Source: a virus (Duplodnaviria > Caudoviricetes). Taken from it: DNA of 64,000 bases. Within the stretch, counting starts at the first letter, position 1. Each line of letters starts with the position of its first letter. Positions 33,085-43,172 of this stretch are shown in pieces. The notes under the pieces are model-generated. The model did not search any database, was not told the origin of the DNA, and saw nothing but the letters and a program-made list of their open reading frames with translations. Location: positions 64,001-128,000 of the IMG/VR virus record IMGVR_UViG_3300032038_000010. The stretch is one strand, 5' to 3'. The position numbers and the translations under genes were made by a program.

Positions 33085-34851
33085 ATGAAATATAAATTAA
33101 TTAAACCTATCAATCCGCAGTATTCTACGGTTGAACAAATACTAACTAATCGCGGCATCCCTATTCAAGAAATTCATCATTATCTTAATACAACAGATAA
33201 TGATATTAATTCACCTTCTCTATTTGGAGAAGATAATTTAAAAAGAGGGGCGGCCGCACTTATAAACACTATCAAGTCAGATAATACAATGATTATTGTA
33301 GTAGATGCTGACTGTGATGGCTTTACATCATCTGCAATATTAATTAATTATTTACATGATTTATTTCCACATTGGGTAGAAACTAAATTATCTTGGTATT
33401 TACATTCAAGCAAACAACATGGATTGAATGATTGCATAGATTGGATTATTGATAAACAATTTAATTTAGTATGTTGCCCAGATTCATCTAGTAATGACTA
33501 TAATGAACATCAGCGTTTAAAGGAATTGGGTATTGATACGATCGTATTAGATCACCATGAAGCAGATAAAATTGATGATAATGCAATTATTATTAATAAT
33601 CAATTATCATCATATCCAAATAAAGAATTATCTGGGGCAGGTGTGACCTGGCAATTTTGTCGTTACATAGATAAATTATTAAATACTACTCATGCCAATA
33701 ATTATTTAGATTTAGTGTCTCTCGGCGATAATGCAGATATGATGAGTATGACTTCTTTTGAAACTAAACATTTAATTCAAAAAGGGCTAGAAGATGAAAA
33801 CCTAAAAAATCCATTTATAACATACATGGCAGATAAGAATAGTTTTTCATTAAAAGGAAAATTAACTCCTATCAATGTTGCATTTTATATTGCACCATAT
33901 GTTAACGCTATAGTAAGAAGCGGCACTCTTGAAGAAAAACAAGTTGTATTTGAATCAATGTTGCAATTTAGAGCTTTTGAACGAGTTCCTTCTATAAAGC
34001 GTGGGCATAAATTAGGAGATACTGAGTCAATAGTAGAACAAGCAACACGAATTGCTACTAATGTAAAAGCTCGTCAGACAAAAGCTCAAAATGAAGGAAT
34101 GTTGACTATTGAAAATATGATTCAAGAACAACACCTTCTTGACCATAAAGTTTTATTATTCCTTATTGAAGCTGGTGCTATTGATAAAAATATTGCTGGA
34201 TTAATTGCAAATAAAATAATGTCTAAATATCAAAGACCAGTTTGCATTTTAACAAAAGTAAATGATGAAGGTACTATCTCTTATCAAGGCTCCGCTCGTG
34301 GATGTGATAAAACTGGAGTAAATAATTTTAAAGATATATGCAGTCAAACTAATGCTATTTTATATGCGGAAGGCCATCAAGGTGCTTTCGGACTCGGCAT
34401 AGAAGAAGATAAAATTCAAGATTTTATAAATAGAACAGATGAAATATTAAAAGATATTAATGATGAACCTATTTATTTTGTAGATTATATTTATCAATCT
34501 AATACTATCAACCCTCAGAATATCTTAAATATTGCAGACATGGATAATTTATGGGGGAAAGATATTAACGAAGCACTAGTCGCTGTTGAAAATATAAAAG
34601 TTACTTCAGATATGGTAACTGTATATTCAAAGAAAAATTTAACAATTAAAATCAATTTACCAAATAATATTAGTGCGATGATTTTTAACGCTTCAGATGA
34701 AGAAGTAGCAAAATTACAAACTAATAATACAGGATATGTTGAAATTAATCTTATAGCAAAATGCAATCGTAATGAATGGATGGGCAATATTACACCTCAA
34801 TTATTTATCGAAGATTGGGAAACTACAGACTCAAATAAATACTATTTTTAA
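33085..34851 (+). CDS. recJ: RecJ-like DHH exonuclease
   Basis: DADCDG, HG, DHH, SGAGV, GSAR, GHQGAFG. Confidence 0.88.
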   Translation: MKYKLIKPINPQYSTVEQILTNRGIPIQEIHHYLNTTDNDINSPSLFGEDNLKRGAAALINTIKSDNTMIIVVDADCDGFTSSAILINYLHDLFPHWVETKLSWYLHSSKQHGLNDCIDWIIDKQFNLVCCPDSSSNDYNEHQRLKELGIDTIVLDHHEADKIDDNAIIINNQLSSYPNKELSGAGVTWQFCRYIDKLLNTTHANNYLDLVSLGDNADMMSMTSFETKHLIQKGLEDENLKNPFITYMADKNSFSLKGKLTPINVAFYIAPYVNAIVRSGTLEEKQVVFESMLQFRAFERVPSIKRGHKLGDTESIVEQATRIATNVKARQTKAQNEGMLTIENMIQEQHLLDHKVLLFLIEAGAIDKNIAGLIANKIMSKYQRPVCILTKVNDEGTISYQGSARGCDKTGVNNFKDICSQTNAILYAEGHQGAFGLGIEEDKIQDFINRTDEILKDINDEPIYFVDYIYQSNTINPQNILNIADMDNLWGKDINEALVAVENIKVTSDMVTVYSKKNLTIKINLPNNISAMIFNASDEEVAKLQTNNTGYVEINLIAKCNRNEWMGNITPQLFIEDWETTDSNKYYF

Positions 34852-34986
34852 CTGAGCGGCTTGATTGCGGCTGCTATTATCGTAGTCCAAGATTAAACAT
34901 AGTCTTGGACTTTTTTAATGTGAATTTTACTTTTGAGAAAAAATATAGTATAATAAATTATAAAAAGATAGTAAAAGAGGTTAAAT

Positions 34987-36159
34987 ATGATACTTACAAA
35001 TAAACAAGAAGAAGGTCTTAAACTGGCTGTACAACGCCATAAAGACGGAGAAAAGTACACAGTAATATCTGGATATGCTGGTACAGGTAAGTCAACCCTA
35101 GTGCGTTTTATTATCGACGCCTTAAATGTAGAGGAAGACAGAGTATGTTATACTTCATTTACTGGCAAAGCAGCAGAAGTGCTCCGTAAAAAAGGTAATA
35201 GAAATGTATCTACATTGCATAGGCTTTTATATGAACATATCCCGCGGCCCGCAGGTGGCTTTATTCGTAAAAAGAAGCCTATGATTGATTACGATATAGT
35301 AGTCGTAGATGAGGTATCAATGGTTCCGAAGAGTCTTATGGAAGTATTGTTTACTCATCCTTGTTATGTTATTTGCCTAGGCGATCCATTCCAGCTTCCA
35401 CCAATAGATAAAGATGAAGATAATCATTTACTTGACCATCCGCATATTTTTCTTGATGAAATTATGCGGCAGGCCGCAGATTCAGAAATTATCCAGCTTA
35501 CTATGAAAATAAGAAATAAAGAACCTATTTCTTTATTTAATGGTGATAATGTTAAAGTGTTACCAAAAGATCAACTAAATACTGGTATTCTTACTTGGGC
35601 GGATCAGGTATTAGTTGCTACTAATGCTAAACGTCAAGCGATTAATAACCAAATGCGTATGTTATATCATCATGGCGGCCGCCCTGAAGATGGAGATAAA
35701 GTAATATGTCTTCGTAATTATTGGGAAGATACAAATTTAAATGGTGATGCTCTTGTCAATGGCACTCTTGGTTATATTCATAACCCGTATGAAAGTTTTA
35801 ATATGCTTCCATCATTTTGTAAAAAGCGACAAGTAGATACTCTTGAAGCCGAATTTGTAGCAGATGATGGCAACTCGTTTGGCGGATTACAAATGGATTT
35901 AAATATGATGCTCACAGGTGATTGCTCTCTTGACTGGCGAGATAAATATAAACTTGGAAAAAATCGTAAAACGCAACATCTAGTGCCAAAGGAGTTCGTT
36001 TATGGATATGCTATAACTGGTCACAAAGCGCAAGGGTCTGAGTGGGATAAGGTTACGGTTCTAGAAGAAAAGTTCCCATTCGACAAAAATGAACATGCCC
36101 GCTGGCTATATACAGCTTGCACCCGTGCCGCGGATAAACTTGTATTGATTCAACAATAA
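34987..36159 (+). CDS. Dda/RecD-like SF1 helicase
   Basis: GYAGTGKS, DEVSM, GDPFQLPP, HKAQGSEW, YTACTRA. Confidence 0.88.
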   Translation: MILTNKQEEGLKLAVQRHKDGEKYTVISGYAGTGKSTLVRFIIDALNVEEDRVCYTSFTGKAAEVLRKKGNRNVSTLHRLLYEHIPRPAGGFIRKKKPMIDYDIVVVDEVSMVPKSLMEVLFTHPCYVICLGDPFQLPPIDKDEDNHLLDHPHIFLDEIMRQAADSEIIQLTMKIRNKEPISLFNGDNVKVLPKDQLNTGILTWADQVLVATNAKRQAINNQMRMLYHHGGRPEDGDKVICLRNYWEDTNLNGDALVNGTLGYIHNPYESFNMLPSFCKKRQVDTLEAEFVADDGNSFGGLQMDLNMMLTGDCSLDWRDKYKLGKNRKTQHLVPKEFVYGYAITGHKAQGSEWDKVTVLEEKFPFDKNEHARWLYTACTRAADKLVLIQQ

Positions 36160-36175
36160 AAATTGGAGGTAAATT

Positions 36176-36448
36176 ATGATAAAAGGCAAACATCCAAACA
36201 AATTTATGTGGACAGCAGATAATTATAGATGGCAGAGAAATGATGGTACTATAATTAAAGGTTGCGAAAAATTTTTAGAATATAATGTTACTATCAATAT
36301 GAGGGGACAAGCTGTTACATTAAATTTTATTTCAGATTATCCAACTGAAGAAGTTATAGCGCAATTAGAAAATTTTACCTCTAATATGATCAATAATTGT
36401 CCCAATTGTATATGGAAAAATTATAAAACTAATAAAGAAGGAGAATAA
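36176..36448 (+). CDS. Hypothetical protein
   Basis: GGAGGT SD. Confidence 0.6.
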   Translation: MIKGKHPNKFMWTADNYRWQRNDGTIIKGCEKFLEYNVTINMRGQAVTLNFISDYPTEEVIAQLENFTSNMINNCPNCIWKNYKTNKEGE

Positions 36449-36450
36449 TT

Positions 36451-36603
36451 ATGGATGTAATTGCTTTTATAAATAAAATGAAAGATGTTTTTTCAGCTCT
36501 TCCTGATGAAGAAATAGATACATATAATGATTTATATAATGATGCTCCAACTGAAGAATTTATTGCATGGATTAATAGAAAGTGTGATGAATTGTGCAAA
36601 TAA
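36451..36603 (+). CDS. Small hypothetical protein (50 aa, below track cutoff)
   Basis: AAGGAG SD; open frame to TAA. Confidence 0.55.
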   Translation: MDVIAFINKMKDVFSALPDEEIDTYNDLYNDAPTEEFIAWINRKCDELCK

Positions 36604-37055
36604 AAACTTCATATTTTTATCAAATCAGAAATTTTAAGCCGTGGATGATACCTGTATCTACGGCTTTAAGTGATCCAATTTGGTACCGTCCGCCGCAAGG
36701 AAAAGAATGGTTTGTAGACAAACGAGGAGTAATTAACGGTTTAAAATATAAACCACTTATAGTGCAATATGACTGTAATATGTTATGCCCTATATGCGAA
36801 GAAAAAGATATTTTAAAAGGTAATTGTTTTACAATGCTTGAATATCGTAAGGCTCTTGATACAATAAATAAAGATACTATGTATAAAGCTTTTGAACATT
36901 GTATAAATTATTTTAAATTACCTTTTGATGATAATGAACCTATGATAGTATTAATGGTACATGAGGCTCCACAAAATCCATGTAGTGAACGTATTGCATT
37001 ACAAGATTATTTTAAATGTGAAGAATTAAAATATCCAATTGAAGATAATTATTAA
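36594..37055 (+). CDS. DUF488-like hypothetical protein
   Basis: IKTSYF...P.WY...LMVHE.P..CSER pattern. Confidence 0.45.
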   Translation: MQIKTSYFYQIRNFKPWMIPVSTALSDPIWYRPPQGKEWFVDKRGVINGLKYKPLIVQYDCNMLCPICEEKDILKGNCFTMLEYRKALDTINKDTMYKAFEHCINYFKLPFDDNEPMIVLMVHEAPQNPCSERIALQDYFKCEELKYPIEDNY

Positions 37056-37133
37056 TGAACCACAGTTGTGCTCATTTTTGACTTTTTGAGAAAAAAATGA
37101 TATAATATTTATATAAAATAAAGAGGTATCAAT

Positions 37134-37544
37134 ATGAAAGAAGTAAAAAGAACTGAGCGCGGATGGGCTGGACATTTTTGCTGTTCTAGGGACTGCGCCT
37201 TCCGCAGAAATACTTTGCTTGAGTATAAAAATAAAAAATGGATAATTTCAACAGTAGGTTTACAAATTTGCAGGCATACTATATCGCCCTATTGTAAAGA
37301 AGGTGATGTAATGACCATTGGATACAATCGTTGGTATGAAACAATGGCATTTGAATCCCTTTATAATGAATATGATGACGCGGATGTTACAAAAGAGATT
37401 GAATTTGAAAGTGACTGGGGCATTTGGGGAGAGACATGGGAAGAGGTTATGGAAAAATATAATCAGCATCCTGATCTTGCAGCAAATGAAATGCATGAAA
37501 AAATTGTTGAAGAATTGATGGAGAAAATTAAAAATGAAATATAG
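37134..37544 (+). CDS. Hypothetical protein
   Basis: TTGACT-17-TATAAT promoter; GAGGT SD. Confidence 0.7.
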   Translation: MKEVKRTERGWAGHFCCSRDCAFRRNTLLEYKNKKWIISTVGLQICRHTISPYCKEGDVMTIGYNRWYETMAFESLYNEYDDADVTKEIEFESDWGIWGETWEEVMEKYNQHPDLAANEMHEKIVEELMEKIKNEI

Positions 37545-37725
37545 ATTAGTAGAAGAGAATAAATTAAGACGTTTAATTGAATCTGAGATGATATATAATG
37601 AACTTTGCGCTTGGGGAGTAGATAATTGGACTGGATTTGATGAAGTTAAATTTCCAGATATTGATGATGTTGAAAAAGAGTTAAATAAGTTTGATAAATT
37701 CGAGGAGCGTGATTCTGATGATTAA
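37534..37725 (+). CDS. Small hypothetical protein
   Basis: Overlaps upstream stop; GVDNW motif. Confidence 0.6.
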   Translation: MKYRLVEENKLRRLIESEMIYNELCAWGVDNWTGFDEVKFPDIDDVEKELNKFDKFEERDSDD

Positions 37726-37808
37726 ATCATTATATCCACAATTACAAACATTGGATATACAGGATTTGATGTAAAAAGGAGGTGGTTAAAATAAATACTC
37801 AGGATAGA

Positions 37809-40800
37809 ATGGAAATACACTCTCATACTGAGTATTCCTAATGTCTAACATTAGGTTACTCGATTGTATCAATAAGCCAATAGATCTTGTTAATCGGGCA
37901 ATAGAGATTGGTCTTAAAGGTATAGTAATCACAGACCACGAGACTCTTTCAAGTCATGTTAAATTAAATAAATATCAATTTGAGATTCAGAAAGAACATC
38001 CTGACTTTAAAATTGGATTAGGCAATGAGATTTATCTTACAGATACAAGAGATAAAAATCAAAAATATTATCATTTTATTTTAATTGCAAAAAATAAAGA
38101 AGGATGGAAACAACTTCGTATTTTATCTTCGAGAGCATGGATGCAAAGTTATTATGATCGAGGATTCGAAAGAGTTCCGACTTTGAAATCAGAAATTGAA
38201 GATGTAATATTGAAGAACCCAGGCAATATTATTGCAACTTCAGCTTGTATCGGCGGAGAGTTATCATCTTCAGTCTTAGCGATGGAAAAGGCTAGACAAG
38301 TTGGAGATATAGCGGGAACCGCCGCAGCTTATAATCAAATTACATCATTTATTGAGTGGTGTTTAAAAGTATTTGGTGAGGACTTTTTCATCGAATGTGC
38401 TCCTAGCGCAAGTAAAGACCAAATTATTGTAAATAAAAAACTTGCAGATATAGCAAAAGTATATGGAATCAAAATGGTAATTGGTTCTGACGCTCATTAC
38501 CTTAAAAAAGAAGATAGATTTGTTCATAAAGCATATCTTAATTCAAAAGGTGGCGAACGTGAAGTAGATAGTTTCTATGAATATGCTTATCTTCAAGATG
38601 AAAATGATATTATCGCAAATTTGACTCCATCTATTGTTGACCAATATAATATTATGTGTCAGAATAGTATGGAAATATATGATAAAATTGAAGTTTATGA
38701 TATTTTACATAATCAAGTTATTCCAAGAGTAGAAGTAAAAGATTATCCTAAGAAAGATATTAAAGATGACAAGCATCCAATTTTATCTGATATGTATAAG
38801 AGTGATAATCAATATGAAAGATATTGGATTAATGAGTGTGCGGCCGCCCTCCGTCAGAAAAGACTGGATTCGAAGTCAGAATACTGGGATCGTCTTGAAG
38901 AAGAAGCAGATATAAAAAGAACGGTAGGAGAGAAACTGGGAACAAATATGTTTTCATATCCTATTACACTCCAGCATTATGTTGATTTATTCTGGGAGTG
39001 TGGATCTCTCGTAGGTGCGGGCCGCGGTTCTAGCTGTTCAGGATTAAATCATTATCTTCTAGGTATCACTCAGCTTGATCCAATCCAGTGGAATCTTCCG
39101 TTCTGGAGATTAGAACTTTAAGAAATAGTCTCCCTTCATTGTGAAATGAAGTATAAAAAATTTTGTGAACTCTATTACTCAGAGGTGTGAAAAGAACGTA
39201 TAGTTTTAGTAGGAAATGACTGATTAATCTTTTTGCTAACCGGGAAGCCTGAGCGGTATGGCCGCAGGTAATCCAGTGCCAAGACTAGAAATAGTAAGGT
39301 GTAACGACTATCCGAAAGGAGTAGGGTGGAAGTTGAGTTACCATCCGAAGTGCAAAAATCTTTAAATATTTTCTGCCACATTGGACAAAACGGTAGAATT
39401 TAGTAATCTCAAAAATCATATTATAATAGAAAATATGAAAGGAGATTACTAGCATGTTAATCTACAAAATAACAAATAAAATAAATGGAAAATGTTATAT
39501 TGGTCAAACAATTAAATCTGCTGAACAACGATGGAAAAAACATCAATCTCATGCTTTTGGTACTCATCCAAATGATATAAATAAAACTTTATATCAAGCG
39601 ATAAGAAAATATGGATTAGAAAATTTCACTTTTGAAGTAGTGCAAGACAATATTGAGACTTTCGAGCAATTAGATAAAGCAGAAATATATTGGATTGATT
39701 ATTATAATAGTTTTGTAAAAGGATACAATGAAACGTTTGGAGGGCAACAATATCATCAAATACTTCCAAACAAAGAAATAATTCAAGATTATTACAAAAC
39801 TAGAAGCGCAAGAAAAACAGCTTTAAATTTTGGAATTGATCATTCTACTGTAGATGATATTTTAAATCAAAATAATATTCCAAGATTTACTTTTAGACAA
39901 GCAGCTGGTCAAAGAATAAAAATTTCAAAAGATGGTTTTGAGAAAGAATTTGATTCAGTTAAAGATTGCGCTGAATGGTTTGTTAATAATAAAATTTGCA
40001 AAACTGATAAAGTAGAAAGCGCTAGAGCAGGATTAAAAACTGCTCGCAGCGAAAAAGGTAATGGTTTCTACTATGGTTATTTTATAGAAAATATTTAAAG
40101 AATAAGATATAGTCTGTGCCATTAGAAATAATGGATAACACGATTTAAACAAAGATCGAATCGAATTAGGTGATATTGATATTGATATTTGTCCAAGCAA
40201 AAAAGGCATCATTCTTAAAAAGATTAAAGAAGAACGCGGACAAAAATTTAATTCAGATGTAGATGAACTTTCAAGGGAAAATCTTGGATGTGTATTAGTT
40301 GCAACTTTTGGTACAGAAGGGACTCGTTCTACTATCTTAACGGCCTGCCGCGGATATAGAAGTGAAGAATATCCAGATGGAATTGATGTAGACACAGCAC
40401 AGTTTTTAGCATCATTAGTTCCACAGGAAAGAGGATTTTCTTGGAGTCTTTCTGATGTAGTTTATGGTAATAAAGAAAAAGATAGACAAGCATCTGACTT
40501 GTTTATTAATGAAGTAAATCAATATCCAGGACTTCTTAATATTATGATGGCTATTGAAGGTCTAGTAAATAAAAGAAGTAGTCATGCATCTGGTGTTATC
40601 TTCATGGATGAAGATCCATATGAATTTGGTTCATTTATGAGAACACCAAAGGGTGAAGTAATCACAGCATTTGATTTGCATGATTGTGAAGCTATTGGTA
40701 TGACAAAGTATGATTTTCTTGTAACTGAAGTTCAGGATAAATTAGTTCAAACAATTAAGTTCTTACAGGAATATGGAGAAATTGAAAAAGATTTATCATT

Positions 40801-42787
40801 AAGAGAGATATATGATAAATATTTTCATCCAAATGTAATTCCTATTGATGATAAGCAGACATGGGAAAATATTAAGAATGGAACAATATTAAATATTTTC
40901 CAGTTTGACAGTGAAGTTGGTAGCCAAGCCGCAAAGAAAATTCAACCTAGCACAATTTTGGAGTTGGCAGATGCTAATGGTCTTATGCGTCTTATGACAT
41001 CTGAAAAGGGCGCAGAAACTCCTATGGAAAAATATATAAGATTTAAAAATAATCTTGATTTGTGGTATAGAGAAATGAATAATGCAGGACTCACAAAAGA
41101 AGAACAAAAAGTCCTTGAACCATACTTTAAAAAATCTTATGGAGTGCCGCCTTCACAAGAGCAATTAATGATGATGTTAATGGATAAAGATATTTGTAAT
41201 TTTAGTCTTAAAGACGCAAATGCGGCAAGAAAAATTGTCGGGAAGAAACAAATGTCTAAAATCCCAGCTCTAAAAGAACAAGTATTAGCGCAAGCATCTT
41301 CTCCAGCATTAGGACAATATGTATGGAAATGTGGAATCGGCCCTCAGATGGGTTATTCATTTAGTATTATTCACGCTCTTGCCTATTCATTTATAGGCTA
41401 TCAGACCGCGTATATTGCAACAAGATGGAATCCAATTTATTGGGATACTGCATGCCTTATTGTTAATAGCGGCAGCCTTGAAAATGATGATATGGAATAT
41501 GAAGAAGATGAAGATGGTGACATCATTGGAGCAGCTAAGAAAAAAGAGTCTGCAACTGATTATTCAAAATTAGCAAAAGCATTAGGTGAAATTATTGGTG
41601 CTGGTATCAATGTTAGTTTGATTGATATTAATAAATCTTCATATGGATTTGAACCTGATATTGACAATAATCAAATTTTGTTTGGTATGAAGGCATTAAG
41701 TAATATTGGAGCGCCAATTATTGAAAAGATTATTGAAAATAGACCATATAATAATTTCAAAGAATTTTTAAGAAAATGCCCATTAAATAAAACTGCAATA
41801 ATTAGTTTGATTAAAAGTGGGGCATTTGACAAACTTGAAGATAGTGTTGCTCAAAAGATGAATATTGAGCCACGGAAATTAATTATGGCATATTATTTAT
41901 CTATTGCGAGTGAACCAAAAGCTAAATTAACATTACAGAATTTTAATGGATTAATTGAAAAAGGTTTAATTCCAAAAGAATTAGATTTTGAAAAAAATAC
42001 TTTTATTCTTAACAAGATTTTGAAAAAGAATAAAATAAAAGAGTATTATAATGTAACTCCAGCAAATATTGATATTAATAAATTAATTGAATACTTTGGA
42101 GATATATTTGAAGTAATCAATAATCAATATTTAGTAAATCAAAAAACTTGGGATAAAGTATATAAAAATGTGATGGACAAAGCTAGAGATTGGCTTAAAC
42201 AAAATCAAAACGAAGTATTAAATCAATATAATACAATTTTGTTTAAAGAAACATGGAATAAATATGCTTCTGGTACAATTTCAGCATGGGAAATGGAAGC
42301 ATTATGTTTTTATTATCATGACCATGAACTACAAAATATTGATACTGCTAAATATGGAGTTATAGATTTTAGTAACTTATCAACTAATCCTGTGATAGAT
42401 AGAACTTTCAAAAGAAATGGAAAAGAAATTCCGTTGTATAAATTAACTAGAATTGCAGGAACAGTAATTAGTAAAAATGATGCAAGACATTCTGTAGCTT
42501 TATTGACAACATCAGGAGTGGTAAATGTAAAATTTACAAAAGACTATTATGCACTTTATGGGCGGCAGCTTAGTCAAGTACAACCTGATGGAACTAAAAA
42601 AGTTATGGAAAAAGGTTGGTTTGTTCGTGGAACTAAATTATTAATAACAGGATACCGCCGCGATGATACATTTGTATCAAAAAATTACAAATCTAACGGT
42701 GGGCATCAGTTATATAAAATTCTTAACGTCGAAGGTAAAAATATAATAATTACGCATAACAGATGGGGACAAACAGATAATGACTAA
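37809..42787 (+). CDS. dnaE: DNA polymerase III alpha (DnaE-type): 5' piece 37809-37838, exon 37841-39110, exon 40143-42787
   Basis: PHP motifs HSHTEY, TDHE, SDAHY; GAGRGS; splice restores FWR|YLNKDR..GDIDID; HASG; GYSFS..HA. Confidence 0.9.
39111..40142 (+). mobile_element. Group I intron in dnaE
   Basis: Exon GGAGAU pairs with IGS GUCUCC; GCTAACCGGGAA, AATCCAGTG, GTAACGACTA, AAGATATAGTC; terminal G. Confidence 0.9.
39454..40098 (+). CDS. Intron-encoded GIY-YIG homing endonuclease
   Basis: IYKITN...YIGQT...RW..H...GYN. Confidence 0.9.
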   Translation: MLIYKITNKINGKCYIGQTIKSAEQRWKKHQSHAFGTHPNDINKTLYQAIRKYGLENFTFEVVQDNIETFEQLDKAEIYWIDYYNSFVKGYNETFGGQQYHQILPNKEIIQDYYKTRSARKTALNFGIDHSTVDDILNQNNIPRFTFRQAAGQRIKISKDGFEKEFDSVKDCAEWFVNNKICKTDKVESARAGLKTARSEKGNGFYYGYFIENI

Positions 42788-43091
42788 TAACGTAAATCAT
42801 CCTTCACATTATGAAGGTAACACTTCTATTGAATGTATTGATGCTATGCGGCTTGGTCTTGGCGACCAAGCTGTATATGATTTTTGTTTATGCAACGCAT
42901 TTAAATATATGTGGCGATACAAAAATAAGAACGGAGCTGAAGATTTAGATAAGGCTGAATGGTATATTAAAGAAGCCAAGAAAATCAATATTGACTTATT
43001 TAATCAGCCGCTTTTTTCACAGTCTGATAAGCAGCTTGGCTCTTTCACTAGCGTATTGACAGAGATTCGAAACAAGGACAAAAATAATTAA
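42780..43091 (+). CDS. DUF3310 family protein (T7 gp1.7-like)
   Basis: VNHPSHY...IECID...NAFKY.WR..K...EDL.KA.WY. Confidence 0.8.
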   Translation: MTNNVNHPSHYEGNTSIECIDAMRLGLGDQAVYDFCLCNAFKYMWRYKNKNGAEDLDKAEWYIKEAKKINIDLFNQPLFSQSDKQLGSFTSVLTEIRNKDKNN

Positions 43092-43172
43092 TCTACTATA
43101 TATGCTTTTCATATATAATAAGATTCCCATAGGAATCCAGAATTAACATAATAATACTTAGGAGGATTCATA

